A stretch of DNA of 64,000 nt from the NCBI RefSeq assembly GCF_963921235.1, contig NC_086108.1:95296001-95360000 (forward strand). The letters run 5' to 3'. This DNA comes from Mobula hypostoma (taxonomy: Eukaryota). Positions 26,326 through 39,150 of this stretch are shown piece by piece; within the stretch, counting starts at the first letter, position 1; every line of letters begins with the position of its first letter. The notes below the pieces were generated by a model, which searched no databases, had not been told where the DNA came from, and was given only the letters and a program-made list of their open reading frames with translations. The translations under genes and the position numbers were made by a program.

Positions 26326-27030
26326 GTGAAATATTGGAGTCAAACTCTGAGGAACAAAGACACTGGTTAAGAGCAGTAACAAGGAAAGAATAAGGAATAA
26401 AAACTTGAGAAACAAAGTAAAGTAAACAGTAAACTGACTTTAAAGAATGTCGAAATTTTTAGTCAGGTGCATAATGACAAAAAGATAAATTCAAGAAGGC
26501 TATAAGGAGAGCAGCTTTGATTTTAAATATTTTTTGAAACTTATTTGTTACTTTCTCAATTACGAAGGTCATGTATTGTTTCCTCATCCGATGTTTTTGA
26601 TTTGCATAGTTATTGAGAATGACGAAGGAAAATGAATAGAGGGACAGGAAGTGTGATGTACCAGAAAGGTTTGATCAGAATTGGCTGTTATTTTCATTGG
26701 TGAAGCATAATAATTTGTATAACACGAACCAATCCATTGTCTTTTCCAAAGAAAGTAGTGTTTGTCATATGTATTTATAAATAATCTTTACATGTGGTTA
26801 AAATTACTGGTATTTGAGTTGTACGTTCTTTTCCTTTATAAAATTGTGGGGACATTTAACATACTCAGTATTGTACAATGCTGGGCAGAACTGTGTAAGT
26901 TTTTTCTGTGTGGTACGTAACTTAGAATGTACATATTGGGTGAAAAATTATGCCATTTGATTTTAATTTTAGCTTTTTGGATTAACAGATTTGGACAAAT
27001 GCTGTAATAAGTGGTTTTTTTCTCTATCAG

Positions 27031-27126
27031 AAAGAAGAGGGTAAAGTTAAAGGCCAGCTTAATAATTCAGACTCCACCCAATATATAAGAGCACTGAAGG
27101 ATCAGATAGAAGAGCTGCAACATGAG
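27031..27126 (+). CDS. EVI5: Internal coding exon of EVI5 (Rab-GAP/coiled-coil protein), C-terminal coiled coil; probably the penultimate exon
   Basis: Polypyrimidine tract plus AG acceptor (ttttttctctatcag) and a GTAAGT donor at 27127. The 96 nt translate to KEEGKVKGQLNNSDSTQYIRALKDQIEELQHE, versus recalled human EVI5 KEEGKLQGQLNKSDSNQYIGELKDQIAELNHE and EVI5L REEGRIQGQLNHSDSSQYIRELKDQIEELKAE. Confidence 0.85.
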
Positions 27127-27744
27127 GTAAGTGATAAAAATCTAGATTTCCGTGTTTTGTTAATCTTTTGCATTATCTTTCACACTTATTTGTACAAATC
27201 TTGTCTGCTGAAAAAATGCAGCTGTGTCTGATGTAAATCTGTTGGTGTAGCATTCTGCTGAGAAGTTATTCACATACATCTGCATGAGATAGCAATGTTC
27301 CTTATCTCGTTTCCCTTTCCTCCTCATTTTTTTCCCCTTCACTCCCTATTTTGGCATATTTCGTTTGGTTTGTGACCAGAATCTGCAGAGTTAACTTGTT
27401 CATGTTTTATGGCTTTCCGTTGAGCCTTTCTTTTAATTTTCATTGTCATACTTAGTTTACTGTTAATTTCCATCTCAAATCATGTGCCCATAATTAGTTG
27501 TGATTTCACTTCAGATAATAATAAATGAATTAGATTTGATACATTTGTGATAAAATGATTTGTATGGATGAATTACATGATTTTTTTTCATTCTTGTGAC
27601 TGGAAAGGATCTTTGCAGTTCTGCAATGCATAGGATGAAATATTGAACAAAAGAAATCCAGATACATTTAATTATTCTCCATTCCAGCTTCCTCCAAGGT
27701 CTTGGTTCCGTGACATTAGTGAGTTATCATTACCCCCCACATGA

Positions 27745-27978
27745 TGCGGTGTCACAGTGGTGTAGCAGTTAGTGTAATGCTGTTTACAGCACCAGTTCAA
27801 TTCCCGCCACTGTCTGTCAGGAGATGTACCTTCTCCCCATGACACGTGGGTTTCCTCTGGGTGCTTCAGTTTCCTCCCATGTTCCAAAGACGTTAGTAGA
27901 TTAGTTGGTCACTTGTGGGTAATTGGGTGGCACAGGCTTGTTCGGCTGCAAGGGCATGTTACCATGCTGTATCTCTAC
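27745..27978 (+). mobile_element. V-SINE
   Basis: tRNA-like head and V-domain (gtgggtttcctctgggtgcttcagtttcctccca). Confidence 0.75.
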
Positions 27979-28699
27979 CTCAAATGTGGGACTTGAGTAT
28001 TGATTGATTATTTATTTCTTGGAAGTAGAAGATATCATAACTCAGGCTGATCCTATCCCTGGCCAGTGTTTACGCTTCCATTAGCTGCTGTAGCGTTATT
28101 AATTCTTCCCTTACAAATGATTTTGATGAACTGTAGACTCATGTCTGCTGCAACTCTGGATTAGAGTAGCTAATGAGGATCTTACCTGAGACTTCTCCGG
28201 TTAGCCCCGTTTAATTTACCATTAGATTAGTTCGCTAAATTTTTAATTGTATTTTAATTTAAACTGTATTTTAAATGAAACAAGCTGTTTATCAGATCTG
28301 GATTTTTCTAAGCAACACTAAACTAAGAGAATTTGGTATTTAATTCTCGTAGAGAATTGTTGGGCAGCCATCTCCCAGATTTCTGCTCGCATAGAGTTGA
28401 CCCCTGAGAATCATGGGATTGGCTATTCTTGTCATTCTTCTTTAATTTCCCACTTTGTGAGAAATGCCAGCATGGTATAGGTATTTAGCCTCTAATTCCT
28501 GTGCTATCTTTTAGAAACTAAGCTCCCCTGTATTTCATATTAAATATGCAGAAGGTGCCACTGGGAGCATAAAATATAGTAGTAGAATTCAGGCATTCGG
28601 CACTTTGAGTCTGCTCCACCATTTAATCATGACTGCTTTCATGACACTACTTTCTCCCTGTAACTGAACCCCTTTACCAATCAAGAACCTGTCAAATAT

Positions 28700-29607
28700 C
28701 AAACTATTTGCAGATGATATGAAGATAGGTGCAGGATCAGGTAGTTTGGAGGAAATAGGCTACAAAAGGACTTGGATAGATTAAGAAAATAGGCAAACAG
28801 TGTCAGGAAGTGTATGGTCATGCACTTTGGTGAAGAAATGAAAGGGTTGATTATTTTCTAAATGGAGAGAAAATACAAAAATCTGAGGTGCAAGGGGATT
28901 TGGGAGTCCTTGTGCAGGATTCCCTAAAGGTAAATTTGCAGGTTGAGTCTGTGATGAGGAAGGCAAATGCAATGTTAGCATTAATTTCAAGAGGACTGGA
29001 ATATAGAAGCAAGAATGTAATGTTGAAACTTTATAAAGCACTGGTGAGACTTCACATGGAGTATTGTGAGCTGGTTTGGGCCCTTTATCTTAGAAAGGAT
29101 GTGCTGAAACTGGAGAGGGTTCAAAGAAGGTTCATGAAAATGATTCCAGGATTAAACTATTTGTTGTATGAAGAGTGTTTGTCTCTGGGCATGCATTCAC
29201 TGGAATTTAGAAGAATGAGATATGACCTCATTGAAACCTATCGAATGATGAGAGGCCTTGATAGAGTGGATGTGGATAGGATGTTTTTTATGGTGGGAGT
29301 GTCAAAGACCAGAGGGGACAGCTGCAGAATAGAGGGGCATCCTTTTAGAACAGCAATGAGGAGGAATCCCTTTCTCCAGAGAGTGGTAAATCCGTGGAAT
29401 TCGTTGCCACAGGCAGCTATGGAGGCCAAGTCTTCATGGACAGTATACTTAAGACAGAGATTGATAGATTCTTGATTGGTCAGGGAATGAAGGGATATGG
29501 GGTTAAGTATTGAGCTGAGAGGAGAAATGGATCAGTAATGAAGAAATATCAGAGCAAACTCAGTGGGCCAACTGGCCTACTTCTGCTCCTATATCTTATG
29601 GTCTTAT
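28700..29607 (+). mobile_element. CR1 3' part, preceded by a minus-strand CR1 tail at about 28565-28695
   Basis: ORF 28888..29475 has CR1 C-terminal motifs; tail tcttatggtcttat. Confidence 0.92.
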
Positions 29608-29859
29608 AACCTTGTGGATTTCAGCTTGTGAAGTACTCACACTGAAATGCTTTAAGTGTGGTGGTTTCTGTCTCTGCCACACTATCAGATAGACTTCCAG
29701 ATCCCTATGCCTCTGTGACTTTTGACTTTTTTCCCCATCCTCTTCTGCCTTCTAATGAACCACCAATTAAACTGATGTACCTCCAACGTAATGAAGTTTC
29801 CACCAATGCAAGCTGGTCGTAGTTCATCTTGCTTAGGCCTTTCAGTACACTACTTCCAA

Positions 29860-30113
29860 AGAAGTAGGTACAGGGCAAATATCACGGGTAAGTTTTTTTA
29901 TGCAGAGAGTGGTGAGTGCGTGGAATGGGCTGCCGGCGACGGTGGTGGAGGCGGATACGATAGGGTCTTTTAAGAAACTCCTGGACAGGTACATGGAGCT
30001 CAGAAAAATAGAGGGCTATGGGTAACCCTAGGTAATTTCTCAGGTAAGGACATGTTCGGCACAGCTTTGTGGGCCGAAGGGCCTGTATTGTGCTGTAGGT
30101 TTTGTATGTTTCT
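29860..30113 (+). mobile_element. CR1 3' end of a different, CpG-rich (younger) subfamily
   Basis: cagagagtggtgagtgcgtggaat...gggccgaagggcctgtattgtgctgta. Confidence 0.8.
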
Positions 30114-30289
30114 CAAACAAACACAGCCTAGGTAATATCCCCTCATAATTATTCAGTCTTGCCAATATCCTTATAAATCTGCACTGCAACCTCAATTGTT
30201 TAACACATTTTTCCTAGAGTGTGATGACCAGACTTTGACAAGTACTCTTAACTGTATGCTCATAACTGGTGTCAGTCACATGCACTTGC

Positions 30290-31093
30290 GTGGCTGTTAG
30301 ACACTCGCATGGCATCATCACCATGATTCGAGCAAACATTTTTTTAAATAGCGTTAGTTACATGTGTTTGTGTTTAAAAGGCAACGATTTTTGTTACTGA
30401 TAGTGAGAAATAAGCAAGAAGACAATTTGGAATGGTTTTGCTAACTGCGGTTTCAAGCATTCAGATACCGAAAATGGCTATGGGTGAAAATGAAATGATT
30501 CCACTACTTAAAGTTAAGAACTATGCAGAAATTGAAGGTATCGATAATCAACTTGAATGTTACAATGAAAATGAAGTTTGGAGGATGCAATCATCTGAGG
30601 CATTGTATGAACGTGTCTGCTCTGATTTGTTCATTTACAGTCAATCAAGCGAGGGTTGCAGCATACTCATTAAAATCCTCCAATAACTATTAGGAACGAA
30701 TACAGTTTTATAATAGTCTAATAGTATTGGTAGTGTTCTAATTTGTTTCTGTTTTTCAGTTAAATACATACTTTGTTACTCAGTTAAAAGGTAGTTTGTC
30801 CTTTTCTTTTTATCACAAGCAAGGGCAAATCTGCAGATGTTGGAAATCCAAGCAACACACACAAAGTGCTGGAGGAATTCAGCAGGCCAGGACCTGTTGA
30901 CGGGTCTTGGCCTGGAATGTTGACTGTACTCTTTTCCATAGATGCTGCCTGGCCTGCTGAGATCCTCCAGCATTTTGTGTGTGTTGCTTGTCTTTTTCAT
31001 ATCTTTTTACCTATTTCCATAAATCTTGGGCTAATTGAGGCAGCCACCTTATTGGGCCGGAATGTACTACTCCCATTGTGTCCCAATTAACTG
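30290..31093. mobile_element. Probable Tigger/pogo-like DNA transposon remnant interrupted by a palindromic PLE terminus (about 30810-30990)
   Basis: Ends gtcccaattaactg then TA, with repeated ccaatt/aattg subterminal motifs. The other end was not found. Confidence 0.45.
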
Positions 31094-31739
31094 TATCATG
31101 ATCTCTTATTTTATATTCCATGCCTCTGACTAAAGAAATGTGTCCTGATACCTCCTTAACCACCGTATCTATGTAAACCTAAAAACAAATTCTGGAAGTA
31201 ATCAGCAGATCTAGCAGTATTCATGAGGAGTGAAACAGACATTTCAGGACAAGGTTCCCTCTTCAACCAGGGATACAACTTGACCTGCTTGGTGTCTCCA
31301 GTATTTTCTGTTTTTGTTTTGCCTTTCCAGCAGCTAAAGATGTTGCTCCACCTTATCTTCCAGTTCAGATATCTTTGAACGCAACTCCCAGGTTTTCTAC
31401 CTATTTATTCTTCATCCTTAAAATTCATGCTTTACTACTTCTCCATTTGAATTCCAAGTGCCACTTTTGTGACTACCCAACCATTCATTGACATCTTCCT
31501 GCAGCTTACAACTTCCTCACCATCAGCTACACTGCCATTTTAGGTATCATTGGCAGGTATCTTGATCATTACCCTTTCCTCCAAGTCCACATCATTATGC
31601 ACCATGCAAATATATAGAATCTAGTACTGAGTCCCATAAAATCCAATTGCACACAACTTTGTATGCCATTGTATGTAATTCTTTTTTTCATTTCCCAAAT
31701 TTTTAATTCTATTTGTCACATTCTTGGGATCCCATAACA

Positions 31740-33380
31740 TAGAATCAAGTTTATTACTGGCATATGTTGTGAAATCTGTGATAGCATTTAAAAAAAAGTA
31801 TAACTTACAATATGAAATATATAAAAAAAAAGTAGTGCAAAAAAGCAGTACTATTCTTGGGTTTATGGACTGTTCATAAATCTGATGATAGAGGGGAAGA
31901 AGCTATTCCTAAAATATTGAGGTTGCGTCTACTTTCTCCTTGATGGTAATAATGAGAAGAAGGCATGCCCTGGCTGGTGGGGTTCCTTTTCTTTCTTTCT
32001 TTTTAAATCTTTTTATTGAGTAAGTATACAAAAAAGGTAAACCATATAAACATTAATACAATGTTAAAGTATAATAAAATTCCAAAAGATAACAATACCA
32101 AAAAGAAAATACTACAAACAATGTAATTTAAGCATAAGAAACCAAGATAACATAATAGTATACTAGATTTTATATATATCAATGGAAAAAAAGAAAAAAA
32201 AACCCCAAAAAAAAACCCACCGTGCAACTAACTAAAGCAAAGCAAAGCAATGGGCTAACTTGAAACCAAACAGAGTTAAACTTAAAATCACGTCCTCAAT
32301 CCCGACCTCCATTAAAACAGTGAAAAAGAAACAAGAAGGGTAAATATTACATTAAATGAAAATATCGAATAAAAAGTCCCCAAATCTGTTCAAATTTAAA
32401 TGAAGAATCATAAAGGTTACTTCTAATTTTCTCCACATTCAAACATAAAATCGTCTGAGAAAACCAAAAAAAGGTAGTTGGAGCATTAAGCTCTTTCCAA
32501 TGTTGTAAAATACATCTTTTCGCCATTAAAGTAAGAAATGCAATCATTCTACGGGCTGAAGGGGAAAGATTACTAGAAATTTTAGGTAGTCCAAAGATAG
32601 CAGTAATAGGGTGAGGAGAGATATCTATATTTAATACCTTAGAAATAATATTGAAAATATCTCTCCAAAAAGTTTCCAAAGTAGGGCAAGACCAAAACAT
32701 ATGAGTTAAAGAGGCTATCTGCCCCGAACATCTATCACAGAAAGGATTAATATGCGTGTAAAAACGCGCTAACTTATCTTTGGACATATGTGCTCTATGA
32801 ACCACTTTAAATTGAATTAGGGAATGTTTAGCACAAATAGAGGAAGGTGGGGTTCCTTAATGATGCATGGTATCTTTTTGAAGAGTTGCCATTTGAAGAT
32901 GTCCTTGGTGGTTGGGAGACTACTGCAAACAGTTGTGTTTACAACCCCGCAGCTTTCTCTGATTGTCATTGGTGCCTCCATACCAGATGGTGAATCAGCC
33001 AGTTTGAATGTTCTCTGTAGTACATCTATAGAAATTTGTTAGAATCTTTGGTGACGTACCAAATCTCCTCAAACTCTTTATGAAATATAGCTGCTGATGT
33101 GCCTCCTTCATAATTGTATCAATATGTTGGGCCCAGGATAGATCTTCAGAGATGTTGACACCCAAGAACTTGAAACTGTTCACCCTTTCCACTGTTGACC
33201 CTTTGACAATGACTGTTCTCCTGACTTCCCATCCTGCAGTCCACAATCAATTTCTCCGTCTCACTGTTGAGTGCAAGGTTTCTTTTCCCGACAATACTCC
33301 ACCAGCCAATTTGTCTCACTCCTGCATGCCTTCTTGTCACCAACTGAGATCTTGCTGACAATAATTGTGCCATCAAATTT
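31740..33380 (-). mobile_element. Rex1/Babar-type LINE 3' part, host of an L1 insertion
   Basis: VERVNSFKFLGVNISEDLSW...LTNFYRCTTE; tail at about 31740. Confidence 0.85.
31989..32845 (-). mobile_element. L1-clade LINE 3' fragment
   Basis: ORF2 C-terminal Cys/His motif CDRC..SLTHMFWSCP, an A-rich tail, and 13-bp TSD ggtggggttcctt (31976-31988 / 32846-32858). Confidence 0.92.
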
Positions 33381-33629
33381 ATGGGCTGTTACTTTCCTGA
33401 TCAGCCTACTGCCTTAGTCTTTGTGGAAACAAAACTGAGGTTGCACTGCCCTTCAAATATTTTTAAAACCATACTATTTCAAAATCTTTATCCCTAGGGG
33501 CAGAATTAAGCCATTCCCGCTCTCAGTCAACAATAGAGACCCATATCAGAATCAGGTTTATTATCAGTCAAATATGTCATGAAATTTTTTTTTTGCAGCA
33601 GCAGTACAGTGCAAGGTATAAAATTACTA

Positions 33630-33696
33630 CGTTACTGTGCAAACGTATGAGGCACCCTATCAATATATATGTGCCTAAGACTTTTGCAGAATACTG
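33630..33696. mobile_element. About 67-bp Tc1-type MITE
   Basis: Imperfect 26-bp TIRs cgttactgtgcaaacgtatgaggcac / gtgcctaagacttttgcagaatactg, with TA on the left. Confidence 0.7.
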
Positions 33697-33974
33697 CAGA
33701 TTTTATCCATATTTAGTTATTTATTCACTTTAGATATAAAAGCCTGAAATTACATGCTACTGGGCACAAGGGCGACTTCTATTCCATTGTTATAAGATCA
33801 GAGAACGCGTAGTGCAGGTAGACAACAAGATGCAAGGTCACAGTGAGATAGTTTCTGAGGTCAAGACTTCATTTTATTGTACAAGGGAACTTCAATAGTC
33901 TTATATTGTTTCAGGGTCAAACCTATGATCCCTATGGCAAAGAAGTTATTAACCTGGTATATTTTTTTTTAAAT

Positions 33975-34870
33975 CACGATGATATGAAGATAGGGACAGA
34001 TAGTGTTGAGGAAGCAGGGAGTCTGCAGAAGGACTTGGACAGATTGGGGGAATGGGCAAAGAGGTGGCAGATGAAATATAGTGCAGGGAAGTATTATTGT
34101 CATGCACTGTGGTAGAAGGAATAAAGGTATAATCTATTTTCTAAATGGAGAGAAAATTCAAAAATCTAAGGTGCAAAGGGACTTGAGAGATTCCCTACAG
34201 GTTGAGTCAGTGGTAAGGAAAGAAAATGCAATGTTAACATTCATTTTGAGAGGACTAGTTTGTAAAAGCAAGGATGTAACGCTGAGGCTTTATAAGGCAT
34301 TGATCAAACTGCACTTGGAATATTGTGAGTAGTTTTGGGCCCCTATCTTAAAAAACATGTGCTAGCATTTGAGAGGGTGCAGAGGAGGGTGATGAGAATG
34401 ATCCCAGGAATGACAGGGTTAACATATGAGGACCATTTGATGGCTCTGGGCCTGTACTTGCTGGAGTTCAGAAGAATGGGGGGGGGGTGCGATCTTATTG
34501 AAACCTATTAAATATTGAAAAGCCTAGCTAGAGTGGATGTGGAGAGGATGTTTTCTATAATGGGTTAGTCCAGGACCAAGGGGCGCAGCCTCAGAATAAA
34601 GGGACATCCACTTAGAACAGAGTTGAGGAGGTATTTCTTTATCCAGAGGGTGATGAATCTGTGGAATTATTGTCACACTGCTGTGGAGGCCAAGTCATTG
34701 AGTATATTTAAAGTGGAGGTTGATGTGTTCTTGATTAGTCCGTGTGTCGAAGGTTACGTGGAGAAGGCAAGAGAATGGAGTTGAGATGGATAATAAATCA
34801 GGCATGATGGAATGGTAGAGCAGACCCAATAGGCTGAATGGCCTATTTCTGCTCCTATGTCTTATAGTCT
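33975..34870 (+). mobile_element. CR1 3' part
   Basis: LQKDLDRLGEWAKRWQM and LRLYKALIKLHLEYCE, followed by a CR1 tail. Confidence 0.9.
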
Positions 34871-36067
34871 CTGTATTAAACTGAATTGGGATTGCTGTTT
34901 TCAAATTGCTCGCCTCTTACCACTCTTCCCGTTTGCTGAGGTTCATTCCCTAACACTTAGCCCATTACTGCTTCCTGTCTTGTACTTGCAATGTACTGCT
35001 TGCTAAAAAACAATTCTCTGTGATGCATTCCAAGAATTTTGCATCAACTTCCTTAATTTCTGACTGTCTCAGTTAGTGCAGTGCTTGTATAAATTATTCT
35101 CTACCACATAGCAATTCTACCTCAGAATCTTGCCCGCATATTTACTCTATCGTCTTCCTCCTGATTTAGGGCCTGTGGGGAATTCCTAGAAATATGAATT
35201 TTTGTTCCTCATTTCAACCAATCGTCTCTTTTGTTGTAATTGCTATTGTGTCATCCCTCCCCACTGTTGTAACTGTTTATTTAGCCAGTATCGCTTTCAA
35301 ACACTTTTCCGTGTTCCCTCTGAAATCTCTGTAAGCTGCATCGTTGAGCTACCATTCCTGTCGAACATTACATTGTGTTTCAGCAACGTCAAATTTGCTG
35401 GCTTCCATTAATTCTCAAATAGCCAAAAATCTAAAGCCTTCCTTCTTTGTGTCTTTTCAGCCACATATTCATCTGTTTGTTGCTGGTAATTAACTGGAGG
35501 TTGCTATTAATGAACTGATTTTCCCAAAAGCCTTGTAACTTCCTCTCTCTGAAATATTTGTCTATTTCCTTTTCTGAAGATTCTCTCATCACACCTCTGG
35601 CTCCTTTCCAGCTACCTTTAGAGAGTTTGAGAACGTAAAGGAGTAGAAGTGAGTGTAGTCGCTATTGCTATCAATAAGATGGGACGTTGAAAGATCTGAA
35701 GTTAGGTAAATTGAGTAGATTACACTCCTGTTTCTGAAATGGGTAGCTGAAGAGATTGTAGAGGTATTAGTAGTAACCTTTGAAGAATCACTGGATCTGG
35801 AATGCTTCTGGAGAACTAGAAAATTGCAAATGTCACTCTACTCTTTAAGGGAGGGAGGCGATAGAAGAAGCCACAGACAGATGTCAGTATAGGAATGGGA
35901 TGTCGAACTGAAATGGGTAACCAATGGGAATCCCACCTTTTGTGACAGTCAGAGCAAGGTGCTTGATGAAGCTCTCCAATTTCTCTAGCTTCCATTAACC
36001 TGATGGCATGAACATCGATTTTTCTAATTTTCAGTAAGACTTCCCATTCTCAAAGGTTTCAAAGGTA

Positions 36068-37640
36068 CAGTGGCATGCAAAAGTTTGGGCACCCCTTGTC
36101 AAAATTTCTGTTATTGTGAATAGCTAAGCAAGTAAAAGATGAACTGATTTCCAAAAGATATAAAGTTAAAGATGACACATTTCTTTAATATTTTAAGCAA
36201 GATTACTTTTTTATTTCTATCTTTTACAGTTTCAAAATAACAAAAAAGGAAAAGGGCCCGAATCAAAAGTTTGGGCACCCTGCATGGTCAGTACTTAGTA
36301 ACACCCCCTTTGGCAAGTATCACAGCTTGTAAATGCTTTTCGTAGCCAGCCAAGAGTCTTTCAATTCTTGTTTGGGGGATTTTCGCCCATTCTTCCTTGC
36401 AAAAGGCTTCAGTTCTATGAGATTCTTGGGCTGTCTTGCATGCACTGCTCCTTTGAGGTCTATCCACAGATTTTCAATGATGTTTAGATCAGGGGACTGT
36501 GAGGGTCATAGCAAAACTATCAGCTTGCGTCTCTTGAGGTAGTCCATTGTGGATTTTGAGGTGTGTTTAGGTTCATTATCCTGTTGTAGAAGCCATCCTC
36601 TCTTCAGCTTCAGCTTTTTTACAGATGGTGTGATGTTTGTTTCCAGAATTTGCTGGTATTTAATTGAATTCATCCTTCCCTCTACCAGTGAAATGTTCCC
36701 CGTGCCACTGGCTGCAACACAAGTGCAAAGCATGATCGATCCACCCCCGTGCTTAACAGTTGGAGAGGAGTTCTTTTCATGAAATTCTGCACCCTTTTTT
36801 CTCCAAACATACCTTTGCTCATTGCGGCCAAAAAGTTCTATTTTAGCTTCATCTGTCCACAGGACTTGTTTCCAAAATGCATCAGGCTTGTTTAGATGTT
36901 CCTTTCTTCTGATGACTCCTCCATGAAGGTCATACTTGTGCAGGTGTTGCTGCACAGTAGAACAGTGCACCACCACTCCAGAGTCTGCTAAATCTTCCTG
37001 AAGGTCTTTTGCAGTCAAACGGGGGTTTTGATTTGCCTTTCCAGCAACCCTACGAGCAGTTCTCTTGAAAAGTTTTCTTGGTCTTACAGACCTCAACTTG
37101 ATCTCCACCATCCCTGTTAACTGCCATTTCTTAATTACATTATGAACTGAGGAAACGGCTACCTGAAAACACTTTGCTGTCTTCTTATAGCCTTCTCCTG
37201 CTTTGTGGGTATCATTTATTTTAATTTTCAGAGTGCTAGGCAGCTGCTTAGAGGAGCCCATGGCTGCTGATTGTTGGGACAAGGTTTGAGGAGTCAGGGT
37301 ATTTATAAAGCTTTGAAATTTGCATAACCTAGCCTTTCTTAATGATTATTGTGAACAAGCCATAGCCCTAACAAGCTAATTAAGGTCTGAGACCTCGGTA
37401 AAAGTTATCTGAGAGCTCAAATCTCTTGGGGTGCCCAAACTTTTGCATGGTGCTCCTTTCATTTTTTTCACTCTAAAATTGTACAAAACAAAAATAATAC
37501 ATTATTCTTGCTTAAAATGTTGAAAAGAATTTTTCATCTTTAACTTTATCACTTTTGGAGATCAGTTCATCTTCTACTCACTTAACTATTCACAGTAACA
37601 TAAATTTTGACCGGGGTACCCAAACTTTTGCATGCCACTG
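36068..37640 (-). mobile_element. Near-full-length IR/DR-type Tc1 (DD34E) transposon
   Basis: TA TSDs at 36066-67 and 37641-42. TIRs of about 210 bp start cagtggcatgcaaaagtttgg and carry an inner direct repeat caaaagtttgggcaccc. Confidence 0.97.
36288..37261 (-). pseudogene. Tc1 DD34E transposase, inactivated
   Basis: VLWTDE, QQDN-EPKH and SPDLNIIENLW with 34 residues between D and E. There is a TGA at a conserved Trp (36506-36508), a later frameshift, and an apparent internal deletion after IRRK. Confidence 0.93.
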
Positions 37641-38366
37641 TACATTTAATATCAGAGAAATGTATAGAATATACATCCTGAAATGCTTTTTCTTCACAAC
37701 CATCCATGAAAACAGAGGAGTGTCCCAAAGAATGAGCGACAGTCAAATGTTAGAACCCAAAGTCCCCCCCACCGGCAAAAAAAAAGCATCAGCACCCACC
37801 ACCGAGCACTCAAGCGTGAGCAAAGCAACAGCGAAGACACAAACTTGCAGTTATCCCAAAGACCTCACATTTCACCCGGTATTTGACATACCACAGGCTC
37901 TCTTTCTCCCTAATAAGGGAGAAAGAGGTGTCTGTTTTCACAGCGAGCGGGGAGACATAATAAACTGGTTTACGATGTTAAAAGTCCGCCACGTCGCTAT
38001 TTTTCGAACTCTGTGCCTAAAGATCACAAATCTCTGGGCACACAGCTGCAGATATTCTGAATCCCCCGATGACACAAGTCTCCTGTCATGACACCGACCC
38101 TTGATCTGCCCATCTCCAGAGCCCGAAGATCCTAGGCTTCCAAAGCCAAGCCAGGTACTTAGACCGAGCCCTTGGCGTGCCAAACAACAACGGCCGGTTA
38201 TGAAACCCTGAGAGCGGATCCCATTCCTGCAAAGAACCGTAGTCAGTGTGTAACTCCAGGTCAGGGTCTTCAAAAGAACCCTGAAAACGTAAGATAAAGA
38301 TATTAAAGATGGAAATGGAGCTGTTTCTGAAGATGCAAGCAAAGGAGCCGCCGTTTAGCGCCATCA

Positions 38367-38810
38367 TTGCTCTGCTCCACCTTCAACATCTCTATCCATG
38401 TCTGCCTCTATGGCTACAATGAAGCCAAACCCAGGACGGAGGAACAACACCTCATATTCTGTCTAGGTAGCCTCCAACCTGATGGCATGAAGATTGGTTA
38501 CCTCTTCTTTCCCTTTATTTCGTGGTCCATTGGCTTCTCGTATTCAATTTTCTTCTTTAGGACTTTACTATTTCTACCTATCACTTTCCAGGTTCTTACT
38601 TAATATCCACTTCCCACTCACCTGGTCTCACCCTTCACTTACCAACTTGCACGCTCCCCCTCCCCCCACTTTATTCTGGCTTCTGCCCCTTTGCCTTTCC
38701 AATTCTGATGAAAATCCTCTCCATAGATGCTGCCTGACTTGCTGAGTTCCTCCTACATTGTGTTCGTGTTACTCAAGATTTCCAGCATCTGTACTACTTA
38801 TGTTTATGTA
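38367..38810 (+). mobile_element. PLE 3' fragment
   Basis: EEQHLIFCLGSLQPDGM plus a terminal repeat. Confidence 0.85.
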
Positions 38811-38974
38811 CATTTAAGTAGTTTTCTTCTTGCATTCTATTGAAAGCTTCAATTTTCTCTCCCATCTTTTCTAATCTTTTCACCAATTTCATGGTCTTGG
38901 TGCACTTTGCAAGGTGTGATGCTCAGAAATAGATACACACTAAAATAACTGAAACCTAACTGCAAAGAGAAGAG

Positions 38975-39150
38975 CAACACATATAAAAAATGCTGGTGAA
39001 TGCAACAGGCCAGGCAGCATCTATGGGAAGAGGTACAGTTGACGTTTCAGGCCAAGACCCTTCATCAGGACTAACTGAAAGAAGAGACAGTAAGAGATTT
39101 TTATGTGTGTTGCTTGAATTTCCAGCATCTGCAGATTTCCTCGTGTTTGC
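38975..39150. mobile_element. Short inverted PLE-terminus insertion
   Basis: 13-bp TSD gcaaagagaagag (38962-38974 / 39151-39163). Confidence 0.85.

Larger units (their letters stand above)
36050..38366 (-). mobile_element. Non-coding, probably non-autonomous LINE-like element that hosts the Tc1
   Basis: The tail-like caaaggtttcaaagg-TA-catttaat is split by the Tc1. The CpG-rich body 37643-38366 has no recognisable ORF. Confidence 0.5.

Noticed and set aside
1..27030. Preceding EVI5 exon (NKEEVMAVRLREAD-like)
   Set aside because: Not found by eye; probably upstream of the window.
37555..38342. ORFs of 178 and 134 aa as novel proteins
   Set aside because: They span a Tc1 TIR and a non-coding repeat, with no protein motif or splice support.
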